DNA from: Prasinococcaceae sp. CCMP 1430 | Lineage: Eukaryota > Plantae > Prasinodermophyta | Length of the DNA: 64,000 nt | Direction: 5' to 3' | NCBI GenBank assembly: GCA_013416795.1 | Contig: RQSC01000008.1 | Location: 105,503 to 169,502, forward strand | Shown: positions 34,301 to 45,321 of the stretch, piece by piece | How positions within the stretch are numbered: the stretch's first letter is position 1 | Layout: each line of letters opens with the position of its first letter | Program-made: the position numbers and the translations under genes | The notes under the pieces: generated by a model | Seen by the model: the letters and a program-made list of their open reading frames with translations, nothing else | Databases searched by the model: none | Told to the model about the DNA's origin: nothing

Positions 34301-37300
34301 ACGCGTCCTCGAGCACCGCGTGAATGTGGTAGGTCGTCCCGTGCACCAACCCCGTTACCGTGTGCGTCGTTGACGTGCTCGCGAGCACGCCGAAAGTCCC
34401 CGCGGACACCGCGGGGTCGCTGCTGGTATCATGGCCGAGCTTGATCTGAGCTGTTGTTGGCGCGGTGCTGCTCTCGGTGGCAACGTAGAAGATGGTGGCG
34501 GCCTCATCTAGTGTGACGTCGATGTCAATGGACGTGGGGGTAATGGTTCCTGTGGACCACACGCTCTCGACGGGCGGGGTCGCATCTGGCGCGTACCATT
34601 CGACCATGGTTGGCGTCGCCTGGATGTTGCCGTCGTCGTCCTCCGCAACGAAGAACAGGTCGTACCACGTGTGATCATGGATGAGGTCGCAACTGGAGCA
34701 GTCCGGCCCGGAAGTCTCGCAGCTTTGGTCATGCGTGACCACCGTCGACCACACGGTGGTGGCATCCGACACATCGACATTGCCGCACACGTAGGCATTC
34801 GTAGCGCCCGCCGAAGTGCCAGCCTTCACCTGCGCCGAGGTCGGGTTGCCGCCCTCGCCCTTCGGCACCAACATGAAGTACACCGTGCCTTGCTCGTCAA
34901 GTTGGGCTCCCATGGACGCGCTGACGACGCCTGATGAGCTGCCCTCGCCACTGACAGAAGTGACGCTCGGGTAGCCCGGCGCGAAGCTTGGCGGGGTGTT
35001 GTCCAGGGTGGTGAAGCTCTCTGTGATCCGATCCATGCGGAGATTGCTTGGGCTGGCTGAATCCTCGCAGGTCATCACAATGGTGTATGTTGTCTCAGAC
35101 ACCAATCCTTCGACGGTGATGGTCACCTCTGAGTTGGCGCTGATACCTGTCGTGGCCTTCGAGGGCACGTACTCCCCGCTGGCGCCGGTGAGAGCCCGCA
35201 CTTGAGCGGCGGTCGGGATGTCGGCGCCGTCAATGATGGCGACCACATACACCGAGCCCGCCTCGGTCAGCTCCACAGTGATGTCGACGCTCGTCGCCGT
35301 CTGCGAGTCCACCTCACCAGTCGTGAAAGTCGGCGGTGTCACATCGTGCGTCGTGGTCGTTTCTTTATAGCTGCTGCTACCTCGGTTTGGACCTGGGGAG
35401 GGCGCGTCGTCCTGCGGGCACGTTGGCGCAGTCACGCGTACGGGTCAGACGGCGTCAGTGGGCCGCGGGTGCGCCCGGAATCAAGGCGCGTGGTAGGCCA
35501 AGCGGCTGCGTGGGCGACCAGGGTTGGGCACGCGGGCGATTTGCGCACCTCGATTGCGAAGTAAACCGCGTAGTCAGTCTCCGAAGACAGCCCAGACAGC
35601 GTGCCGAAGAAATATTCCATGGCCCTGGGCACGTCGAAGCTGACCGAAGCATCGGCGGCCGCCCCAGAGGAGTCTAGGCCGGCGACGATTTGATCGATTG
35701 AAGGGTCCACCGCGGCGCCACCCGTGTCGTCCAATGCGACGACGTAAACCCTGCCGGGTTCGTCGAGCCCCATGATGGCGTCGATGGTTGTGCCGCCAGT
35801 CCTGAGGGCGGCCGAGCCTTGCGCACCGACGTACGGATCCGGCGCGGTCACGTCCGTCGTCGTTGCGTCACGTCGCGCAGCCCTCACTTGCAGATTCGGC
35901 GCCGAAACGTGCGCGTGGCCATCCGCCTGATCGCGGACGCGCAATGACAGCGCGCAGGCGCATCCGTCAGCGAGGTGGCTTCACCACAATCGCGCTCGCA
36001 TGCTGGCCGCGGGACTGGTGTGCGCAGGCTGGGCGCGGGCGGGGCCGTTGGGGCAGGGTGCGTGCGCAGAGACAGGCGCGGGCATGGTGACCGCAGCAGC
36101 CACAGCATACCTCGTCCTCAGCCGCGAAGAAGAACGCGTATGCTGTCTCCGAAGTGAGGCTCGTGATGGTCTCATCGACGTACTCGTCCTGCCCGTCCAC
36201 GGAGAAGCTGCCGCTGATGGAGATGCTGTTGCCCAAGCCGTCGGTGGCAGCCTTCACCTGCGCACCGGACGGGATATTCGCCGCCGTCAGGGACGCGATC
36301 GGGATCGCCACGAAGTATACGGTGCCAGCTTCGGTCGCGCTGACATTGTACGTGATGGTCGTGCCAGTGACCTCCTCCACCTCAGCATATGCCACCACAG
36401 ACGGCGTTGTGTCCGTGGTAGCGAATTCGAGCTTTGAGGGCGATGCCTGCAGGTTGAGCTCTCCCTCAGACGTGATATAGTTCGGCCGATCTTCGAGCGC
36501 AACGTAGAGGTCGTAGCTGAAGGCCTCGGTGAGCGAGCGGATCGTGAACGAGTCCTCTTGCCCCGACCATTCGCGCGTGACCGTGTCGTACGTAGCCGAG
36601 GTGGTCGGCGTTGTGATCAAGAAGCTGCCCGAGAAGAAGGTGCCGTCAGTGGGCAACTCCACGTCGCCATAGGCCACGCCGGCCTTGACCTGGGCCGACG
36701 TCGGAGCCGTCGAGTCACGGGGCACCGCGAGCACGTATGCCGTCGAGGCTTCGTTGGCAGACACAGTGATGACCGCATCATGCCCTCTAATATTGTCCAC
36801 TGACGACGCGATGGTGGTCGGTGGCGTGCCGTCGAGCGTGACCACGTCCACGCGTGCCACCGAGCCAATGTTGTTCGAGGCGTCGACAGCGACGAGCCAC
36901 ACCACGTGCGCCTGCTCGCCCAGCACCTGGGGGCAGTCAGTGCACTGCGAGCCGTCGGTGACGCTGTCATCGCAGCTCGAGTCCGATGAAGGGTCCGAAA
37001 CCGTGCCTTCGACAGTGAATGTGACAGGGGTGCTGGCGCTGGCGACGGCGAAATTCTCGCACATGTACTTTCCGAGAGGCGAGATGATGTCCGCAGCGCT
37101 CGGTTGGCTCTCCGAGATCGAGTTGGCAACATAGTACACAGTTGCGGGCTCGCTGAGTTCAACCAATAGTTGATAGCTCTCCGCCGTCACGCTGTCAACC
37201 ACCGGCGTGGCCACGACGCCTCCCAGTGCGGTGGTCGAGGTGAATACCGGAGCGGTGATATCCGCCGTCGTCTGTGACAGTTGTGAGGGGCTCGCCCCGA

Positions 37301-38753
37301 GATTGCCTGCGGCGTCTTGCGTGACGAAGTATACCGTGTAGCTTGTCTCGCTCTGCAGCCCCGTAAAGGTGTGCGACACGCCCGGGTCATTCGACGACTC
37401 GCACGAGAACGTCGCCATGCCGAGGTCGGGCGCATTGCCCGAATACCACTGAATGCCAGCCCTGAGCTGCGTTGACGTGGGGGCGCTCGCGCTGCCAGTC
37501 TGGAGCACCGCCGCGTACACCGTCGCGTCCTCATTGCAGTCGACCTCGAGCGTGATCGTGGTGCCTGCTGCGGGCGTCGCGAGATCGCCTGAAATCGTCG
37601 GAGGTGTCGAGTCAAGCGTCGTCACGGACAATGCAGGCGCCTGATTGCCCAGATTGGCTGACGCATCCTCGAGAACAACGTACACGTCGTACGCGGTCGA
37701 GTCAGTCAGCCCGCTGATCGTCGCCGTGTAGGTCACCTGCGCCGACGTAATGGTCACCGACTCGTGTGCTTCGGCTGCAGGGACGCTCGCCTTCACCTCT
37801 GCGTCGGTTGGCGCCGTGGCGGAGGCCGCGAGCACGAGCACGTACGCCGTGCCCGGCTCGGACGACTGCACGTCTACCTCGAAGCCCGCGCTGCCGATCG
37901 CCTGCACCGAAGGGAAGCCCGTGGGAAACGTCGGCGCCACATCGTCGACCGTCGTCAGCTCGCGCTTCGTGGGGGAGCTCTCCGTGCCACCGCCGTCAAC
38001 CAGCACGACGTACACGTCGTACGGTGTCGACCCGTCCAGCCCAGTGATGTCGTCCGTGTACTCTGTGTCTGCAGCGCTGAGAGTAATCGTGCCGTACGCC
38101 TCGGCCGTGATGCTGTCGCCGTCCGCATCGGTGTACACACCTGACGCGGCGACGGCCGTCGACACCATGGCGGCGGTCGGCACGTCCTCGCCGTTGGCGA
38201 GGACGACGTACTGCGCGCGGCAGGAGAACGCGCGGAGTAACAGAGCGCACCACCGAACGCGCGCGGGCACGACATGCGCGAATGCGCGATGGCGTCAGCG
38301 GTCGCGAGTCCGCAAGTGCGCACGCGGGCCGTCGTCGTGGGCGGCAAAGGTTTGGCAGGTTGGGATTCGAATGCGGTCGGGAAGTCGGGGCGGGGGGGGC
38401 ATGTGCAGCGTGCTCGCTCGCTGGAGTGGCCGCACTGCACGTGGGCGTGCGCACGCGGGCGCATGTGGACCAACTGCGAGACATGCGGCAACAGCTGGCG
38501 CGCGCGTCACACAGGCAAGGCGCCTCGCAGTCACCGCCTGCGTGAGCACCCGCACCTTGGCCGACCCAGCCTCATTCGCTTCCACCTCAAGTGTGAAACC
38601 GCTCGCTGTGATCGATGACAGTGACGGATAGCCCGCGGTGAACGTCTGCGTCTGCGCGAGCACGACTCGAGCGCTGCACCATGTGACGAGGAGCGCGCTG
38701 CACGCGAGCGCGGCCGCGGCCGCGCCCCTTGGCCCTGCGCGCTGGGCGCGCAT
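31358..38753 (-). CDS. Giant secreted protein (~2180 aa): ~15 FN3-like repeats plus 2 cadherin-like beta-sandwich domains
   Basis: Five exons (38753-38556, 38210-36111, 35926-35549, 35411-32940, 32761-31358), all joined by phase-0 GT-AG introns. Signal peptide, then repeats of the form DxTPPxF...V..SEPGTVYYV...APTxAQVKAG...GL..xTxYxVYxVAED. Confidence 0.85.
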
Positions 38754-39449
38754 GGCGGCCCCTGAGAGGGGCCGAGTGTGCGTGAGTTGAGTGGAGCGCC
38801 GCGTGCGTGGTCGCGCACGCAAGCGGCCGCAACTGCTGCCGCCGCAGCGCGGCGCAGAGCGCCGCAGCGCCGCAGCGCCGCAGCGCCGCAGCGCGCGAGT
38901 GGCGCGCACGCCCCCGCCCGAGCGCCCACCTGCACATCGCCGCTGCCATGCGCCAGTCCTCCATCCCTTCCCACGTGGGCACCCACGCGCATACGCCGGC
39001 ACCCGCGCCCCCGTACATGCGCGCCCCCGTCAGCAGGCCCGGCCCGGCGCGCCCGAGCGCGGGCCCTCCGTTGCGGCGGGTGCTCGCACGCGCGCGAAGC
39101 ACGCGCCAGCGGAATCCGTCTCGCGCTCGCGGCGTCCGCCGTGGCGCGCACGAGGCCGCCCCCTGAACGCTCGGGCGGAACCCACGGCGGACAAGCGCCG
39201 CGCCTCCGCGGTATCCGTCGAGGCCACCTGTCCCTGTCTGCGCCCCCGTGCGCGCGCGCCTCGGGGAACCGCCCGAGGTCACAACGCACTGCGCAACGCC
39301 CGTTCCCCTCGGGCGATTACAAACGCGGGCGTGCCGCGCGTGCGCCGGCGTGCGTGGCGCGCACGGGCACGTTCGGGTGGGGGAACCCGGGCCGAACCCG
39401 GGCGGGGGGCTCGCAGACCCCCCGGCCGATGGCCCGCCCCGGGCGCGGA

Positions 39450-40023
39450 NNNNNNNNNNNNNNNNNNNNNNNNNNNNNNNNNNNNNNNNNNNNNNNNNNN
39501 NNNNNNNNNNNNNNNNNNNNNNNNNNNNNNNNNNNNNNNNNNNNNNNNNNNNNNNNNNNNNNNNNNNNNNNNNNNNNNNNNNNNNNNNNNNNNNNNNNNN
39601 NNNNNNNNNNNNNNNNNNNNNNNNNNNNNNNNNNNNNNNNNNNNNNNNNNNNNNNNNNNNNNNNNNNNNNNNNNNNNNNNNNNNNNNNNNNNNNNNNNNN
39701 NNNNNNNNNNNNNNNNNNNNNNNNNNNNNNNNNNNNNNNNNNNNNNNNNNNNNNNNNNNNNNNNNNNNNNNNNNNNNNNNNNNNNNNNNNNNNNNNNNNN
39801 NNNNNNNNNNNNNNNNNNNNNNNNNNNNNNNNNNNNNNNNNNNNNNNNNNNNNNNNNNNNNNNNNNNNNNNNNNNNNNNNNNNNNNNNNNNNNNNNNNNN
39901 NNNNNNNNNNNNNNNNNNNNNNNNNNNNNNNNNNNNNNNNNNNNNNNNNNNNNNNNNNNNNNNNNNNNNNNNNNNNNNNNNNNNNNNNNNNNNNNNNNNN
40001 NNNNNNNNNNNNNNNNNNNNNNN
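39450..40023. other. Assembly gap (574 N)
   Basis: N run. Confidence 1.
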
Positions 40024-40034
40024 CGCGGCCGGCG

Positions 40035-43000
40035 ATGGACGACGAGCGGCACCCCGCCTTCCGTCGCGCGGCGGCCGCCCCGCGGCCGCGCGCGACGCCC
40101 GCTCTAGTCATGGCGGCGGCGGCGGGCGCTGCCACGCCGGGTTGGGAGCGCGCCAAGAACGAGGCGCTCGTGCAGCTCGAGGCGCGCGCCGCGGAGCTCG
40201 GACAGGCGCTCGAGCACGCCGAGGCACGCGCGCGCGCCGCTGAGGCACGCGCCGACGAGCTCGAGGCAAACGCGCTGGAGCTCGATGCGCGCGAGCGCCA
40301 GCGCATGGGCCTGACGGCGGCGCACAACGCCTCAGGTGCGACAGACGTCGATCCCACCGGTGCTGTGGCGCGTATCCAGGCCGAGATTGCCGCCGTCGCG
40401 GCGCGCGGGGAACTGGGCGCCGACGTCGCCGTCGCTGTCGGCGACTCTGATTCGCGCAGTGACAGCGAGCGTGATGTAGGCGCCGTCGATGCCGCTGAGG
40501 GCCGCCCGGAGGCCCTAACGGCCGCCTCACCGCGGGCACAAGTACTGCGCCGTACCTTCGCACGTTTCGAAAGGGCGTGTGCGGCCTCAAGGCGAGCGCG
40601 GCTCTACACCGAGGTGCGTGCGCCCTTTCTTCCGCACGGCCGCGCAGGCTGCCCCTGACGGCCGCAATGCAGACATGCGAGCGCCTGCGTGCGCGCACGC
40701 ACCTCTATGGCCCGGGCTGACGTCGCTGCGTCCGCGCGCGTCCATGGGCGTTCGCGTGCGCGCGCATGTGGCCGCAGTCGCGCACACAGGACCGCGAGGC
40801 TGCAGCCGCGAGGCTGCGGCGCGCAATGACTCGCATCGCCACGCGCTCCATGCTCGTGCTGAGGCGCGGCACCTTCGACGCGTGGGCCGCGCACACGCGC
40901 GCCATGCGCGCTCGCGCGACGAGCTCGCGCCGTCTATTGCGGAGCACGCGCGCGCTGACGCCGGCGGTGGCCTTCAGGGCGTGGGCGGCGACGGCATCGC
41001 TTGCGCATCTGGCACATGGCGTGCGCGCGGCTGCTGCCCTAAGCCTCGCGCAGACGCACGCTCGCGCGGCACATCGGCGCGCGCATGGGCGCGTGTTCGC
41101 CGCATGGCGGGCACTTTCGGCGCGCGCGCATGCGTGCGCTGCTCTGCTGCACCGTGCAACCTCACGCCGGAAGGCGCGAGCTGAACAGTCAGTGTTCACC
41201 GCGTGGCGCATGTGCGCCCGCGTGCGATCGCGCGCACGGGCTCGATTCGCGAGCGTGCGCCATCGCACGGTGAGCGCGGTCTTCGACGCGTGGAGGTGCC
41301 GCACCCGGGACGAGCAGCTGCGCTCGCGAGCCCTCACGGCGGTGTGCTCGCAGCACTACCGGGCGACCACCCGTGCGGGCTTCAACAGGTGGGCACGGGC
41401 CGTGGCCCTCGTGCGCGATGTCGAAGTGCGCGCGCGTACACGCGGTGCCATCGCTGCGCGGGCCGGCGAGATGCGCGAGAGCATGCTCGCACACCGCGCG
41501 CTGTGTGCGTGGTTTGCTGAGGCACAGCGTGCCCTGCGCGTCCGAATGGAGCGTGCGAAGCACTTGGCCGAAATGGCGGAGAAGGACGCGGCCGACTCGC
41601 GCGACGTCATGGCAGCCGATGTTGAGGCATGCCACTCATACGCCGAGTCGCTTGAACACGACCTCGAGTCACTTGCGGCTACGGCCGCCTCGGCCGCGCG
41701 TGAGACCATCGGATTGCACGCCCTGCTGCCGTTTGAGGAAGACGTGCGCGGCCTTGCGGGTGTGCGCCTGCGCTGGGTTGCAGCCGAACACACCGGCGGT
41801 GGTAGGCGCGCGGAGGCAGAGCTTGCTCCGTGCGCACGCTCGGGTCATACCCTGACGCCATTCTGCTATCCGGGGGATCTCCGTGCTCCCGTCGATGGTC
41901 GCAGCGAGGGAGGCGAGAGCGGCGCGCATTGGAACGTGCTATGCGTGGGGGGTGAGCGCCCCGGCGAGGTTTGGTACGGGGACGCGAAGCTTTTGAAGGT
42001 GTCCGCGAGAGGTTCATGCATCGCTTGGTGTCGCACCGGTGCCGCCGACGCTGCCGAGGGGCCGCTCCTCCCCCCACGCGCTGGCCATGCGAGTGCGTTT
42101 GTGGGGGGCGCTCGCGTGGTTGTTTTCGGTGGCTACGATGGCTCCGACGATCTCGGCGACACGCATGTGCTGAGCATCACCGAGACCCTCCAAGGCCCTA
42201 CTCTGAAGGCTGGTCCACTCGTGCTTGCAACGAACTCAACCCCTCTGGCCCGCTCGCAGCACACACTGGTGAGTACACCGGGCGTGCCGAATGCGAGCTA
42301 TAGGGTGCTTGCAGCAGACGAGCGTGACAACGTCGCCGTGCTCGAAGGCACGCCCTCGGAGGGCGTCGCCAGCGATGGCATTCCTGCACGTGGTGCGCAG
42401 TGTGTGCTGTTTGGTGGATACGCGAGCGGCAAGGGCGTGCTCGGCGACACGTGGGTCCTTGATCTGAGCACGCGCCGTTGGCTCCGGCCGAGCGTAGGCG
42501 GTACGCCACCGCGCGCACGCTGTGGTCACGCGTGCACCATGCTACTCTCGGCCGGCGCCGAAGTAGCGACCACTGCCGACGGCATGCGGCGTTCGTCGAA
42601 GCCCTCGGCTGGTGCAGCAGGCGGTCTCATGCTTGTGCATGGCGGCTTCGATGGCCAGCGCTTTCTGTCTGACCTTTTCGCGTACGATGTCGCCCTCGCC
42701 ACCTGGAAGGAGCTCGATGCACTGGGCCCCTCGCCGTGTGCGCGGCGCGGCCACGCTCTCGCTGCGAGCGGCGAAGATGCGCTGTTGTACGGTGGCTTCT
42801 GCGCGAGCAGTGACGAGGCCCTGTGTGACCTGCACGTCTTACGCCGCGCTCGCGCGGCGCACAGCCACGCAGACACTGAGGCGGCTGGGCGCCTAGGTAC
42901 GAGAGCCCGATCGAGTGACCCGGATCTGCTTACAGATGTGCAGATCTGGCAATGGCAGCGCGTCGATCTGGGCGCGCCAGTCTTCGAGGGGGCACTCGGG

Positions 43001-44428
43001 GTGGGCGCTGCGTGCGTTGTGCTGGGTGGACGGCTGCTGCTGTGGGGCGGCCATCCAGAGGGTGATGACGTTGCGTCTCCCCCAGAGCATGGTGGCGAGT
43101 GTCGCCGTGTACTTTTGCTAGAGGACGCCTCACGCGCACATCTGCATCAGGCTGCTGCGTCTGTCCGGGCAGCCGAGCGTGCGCACGCCAATGCAGCCCA
43201 GATGGCGCTAGAAAAGGCGCGCACAGAGGCTGAACTGGCAGAACAACGAACTGCGACGCAGGAAGCGCGTGCCAAGGATGCTGCGCGAGCTCGTGCAGAG
43301 GCGTTCCTGCGTGCAGAGTGCTCGACCTTGCGCGGGACGCTCGAAGCAGCGGAGATGTCTGCGGCGCGGGCCGAGCTCGAGCTCGTAGCCGCTCGCACAG
43401 AGATTGAGCAAGCGCGAGCTACAGCAACGCGCGAGCGCGCACGTGCAAACGAGTCGCTTCGAGAAGCTGCCGAGCGATCTGCAGCTGCCGATAGTGCTGC
43501 GGAGGCCGCGTCCGAGAGGATGCAATCTGCAGTGGCGGAGTCTAATGCCTCCATGTCGCGCTCATCCTCGGTGGCGGCCGAGCTGAATGCACGACTCCGC
43601 GCGGCAGACATCGAGTCGGAAGTTGCCGAAGCGAGGTGCGCGGCAGCAGCGGAGGCGGAGGCGGCGGCAACAAAGCGCTGCGCTGAGCTTGAGTTGCAGC
43701 TCATGAATGCGACCCGCGAGTGTGCGACTGCCAAGGCAGGCCTCGAGGCAACTACGCGCGAATTGGAGCGATCCGAAAGGCTTCGCACTCGCCTCGAGGA
43801 CGAGGCGGAAGAGAGACGAGATATGGATCGACACCGCGAGGCTGAGGTGGCTGCAGATGAGAGGACCCTGCAGGACATTGGCGCGCAGCTCAGGGTCAGA
43901 GAGTCCGAGATCGAATCCCTGCGCGCGGCTCTCGACAGACAGGCAAACGATGAGGCCGAGCGCCTCGAGTCTATACGATCGAGCTTCGCGATTGAACTGG
44001 CACAGTTGCGCGCACAGCTCCGTGAGCGTACTGAGGCGGACGCGCATCACCGCGCGGAGACTGCCGAAATGGCACTTGCGGCATCGCGCGCTATGGAAGC
44101 AGCTGCCTTGGAAGAGCTTCACGCGGCACAGGCAAAGCTACTCGATTTCGAGCGCAGTGGGACGAGAGAAATCAACCAAGTGAGCGGGGGCGTCGCTGCG
44201 GGGATAGGCAGCGGCAGCGCGCACAGCATCGGCATGACCACAGGCGAAGTCTTTGGTGAAGGCATTGCCCTCGAAGGTGGTGTGCGCGCACCTCCACCCA
44301 TGGCCAGCGACGTGAAACCGATGAGTGCCTCCGATGCTCTTGCCGCAGCGATGGCAGCGCTGGGCACCACGCCCTCGCCGCTGTGCGAAATCGGGCTCGG
44401 TCTAGGCTCTGACCTCGTGGCCATCTAG
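40035..44428 (+). CDS. Coiled-coil + Sfi1-like Trp repeats + Kelch propeller + coiled-coil protein (~1400 aa)
   Basis: Exons 40035-40613 and 40790-44428 (phase 0). Periodic F/LxxW motifs; Kelch signatures (RAGHAS..VVFGGYDG, ARSQHT, LFGGY..LGDTWVLD, ARCGHA, VHGGFDG, RRGHA..LYGGF). The start lies next to the gap, so upstream exons may exist. Confidence 0.75.
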
Positions 44429-44621
44429 AGGGACGACAGCGCAGTAAGTGTTGCAGCACGATGGCATAACCGCCAGAATAGACAGAGTAAGCCGCCAAGT
44501 ACGGACCAATGCATGCGCGCTCCATGTGAGTCTATCACACCGCGTCTTACTGCGATTTGCGAAGAATTTTGCGACCGCGCGCATTCGTGTGGTAGGCAGA
44601 CATGCGCGAACGCGTACGTTC

Positions 44622-45129
44622 TCAGAGCTCGTTGGCGTTGTCGTCGACGACGCCGTTGACTTTCTTCGCGGGTCCGCTGCGGCGCTCCGGAGGCCACACA
44701 ATCGGTAGATCGTCGTCTGCACTCAGCTTGCCGCCGTCCTCCGTGATCGGGAACCAACGTTTGTACGACAGGAAATCCTCGTGTGCCTCTCCCTGTGCCA
44801 CGCGCGCGCGCCGACGACGCAGTCAGTGGCCCGCCATTAGCAGTCAGCCAATGGCATGCGTCCGCATCGCGGCATATCCACTGGCAGGCGCGTGGCACGA
44901 GCGGGCGCTGCGGCGCGCGATTCACGGGGCAGGGTACCGCGTGCCGAGACGCTCTTCCCCGGGCCCAGCCGCGCCACCAAGCCACTTCACGCACCTCGTT
45001 GCCTGTGGCAATGTCCCAGATCCTCTGCGGGATCTTAAGGCCATCGGCCTCGATGTAGGACACCGTGACTGCTTCACGTGGCGCAGGCGGGGCGGCGTCA
45101 TCCCTCGGCACTTTCATCTCATGTGCCAT
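44622..45129 (-). CDS. Small hypothetical protein (101 aa, two exons)
   Basis: Exon 1 45129-44995 (MAHEMK...IATGNE), GTGCGT donor, CAG acceptor, exon 2 44792-44622 (GEAHEDFLSYKRWFP...NANEL*), in frame. Confidence 0.55.
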
Positions 45130-45321
45130 TGCTCCGCGGCTTGCGGTCTCCCTAATTCGCAGGTACGCGCAACAGGCGCCGCGCGTGATTGCCCGCGGTG
45201 TCAATGGGGGGGTGGGCAGGCACACATGACGCGGTCAGCGAGCACACCATCAGCGACCACACCGCTGCGCGGGGCGTAGAGAGCTCGGGCAATGCCTGCA
45301 CCAAACCATGCGCGCCGTGTC

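Noticed and set aside
38791-40357. ORFs spanning the N gap (also 55279-56951)
   Set aside because: Their length is an artefact of N runs translated as X.
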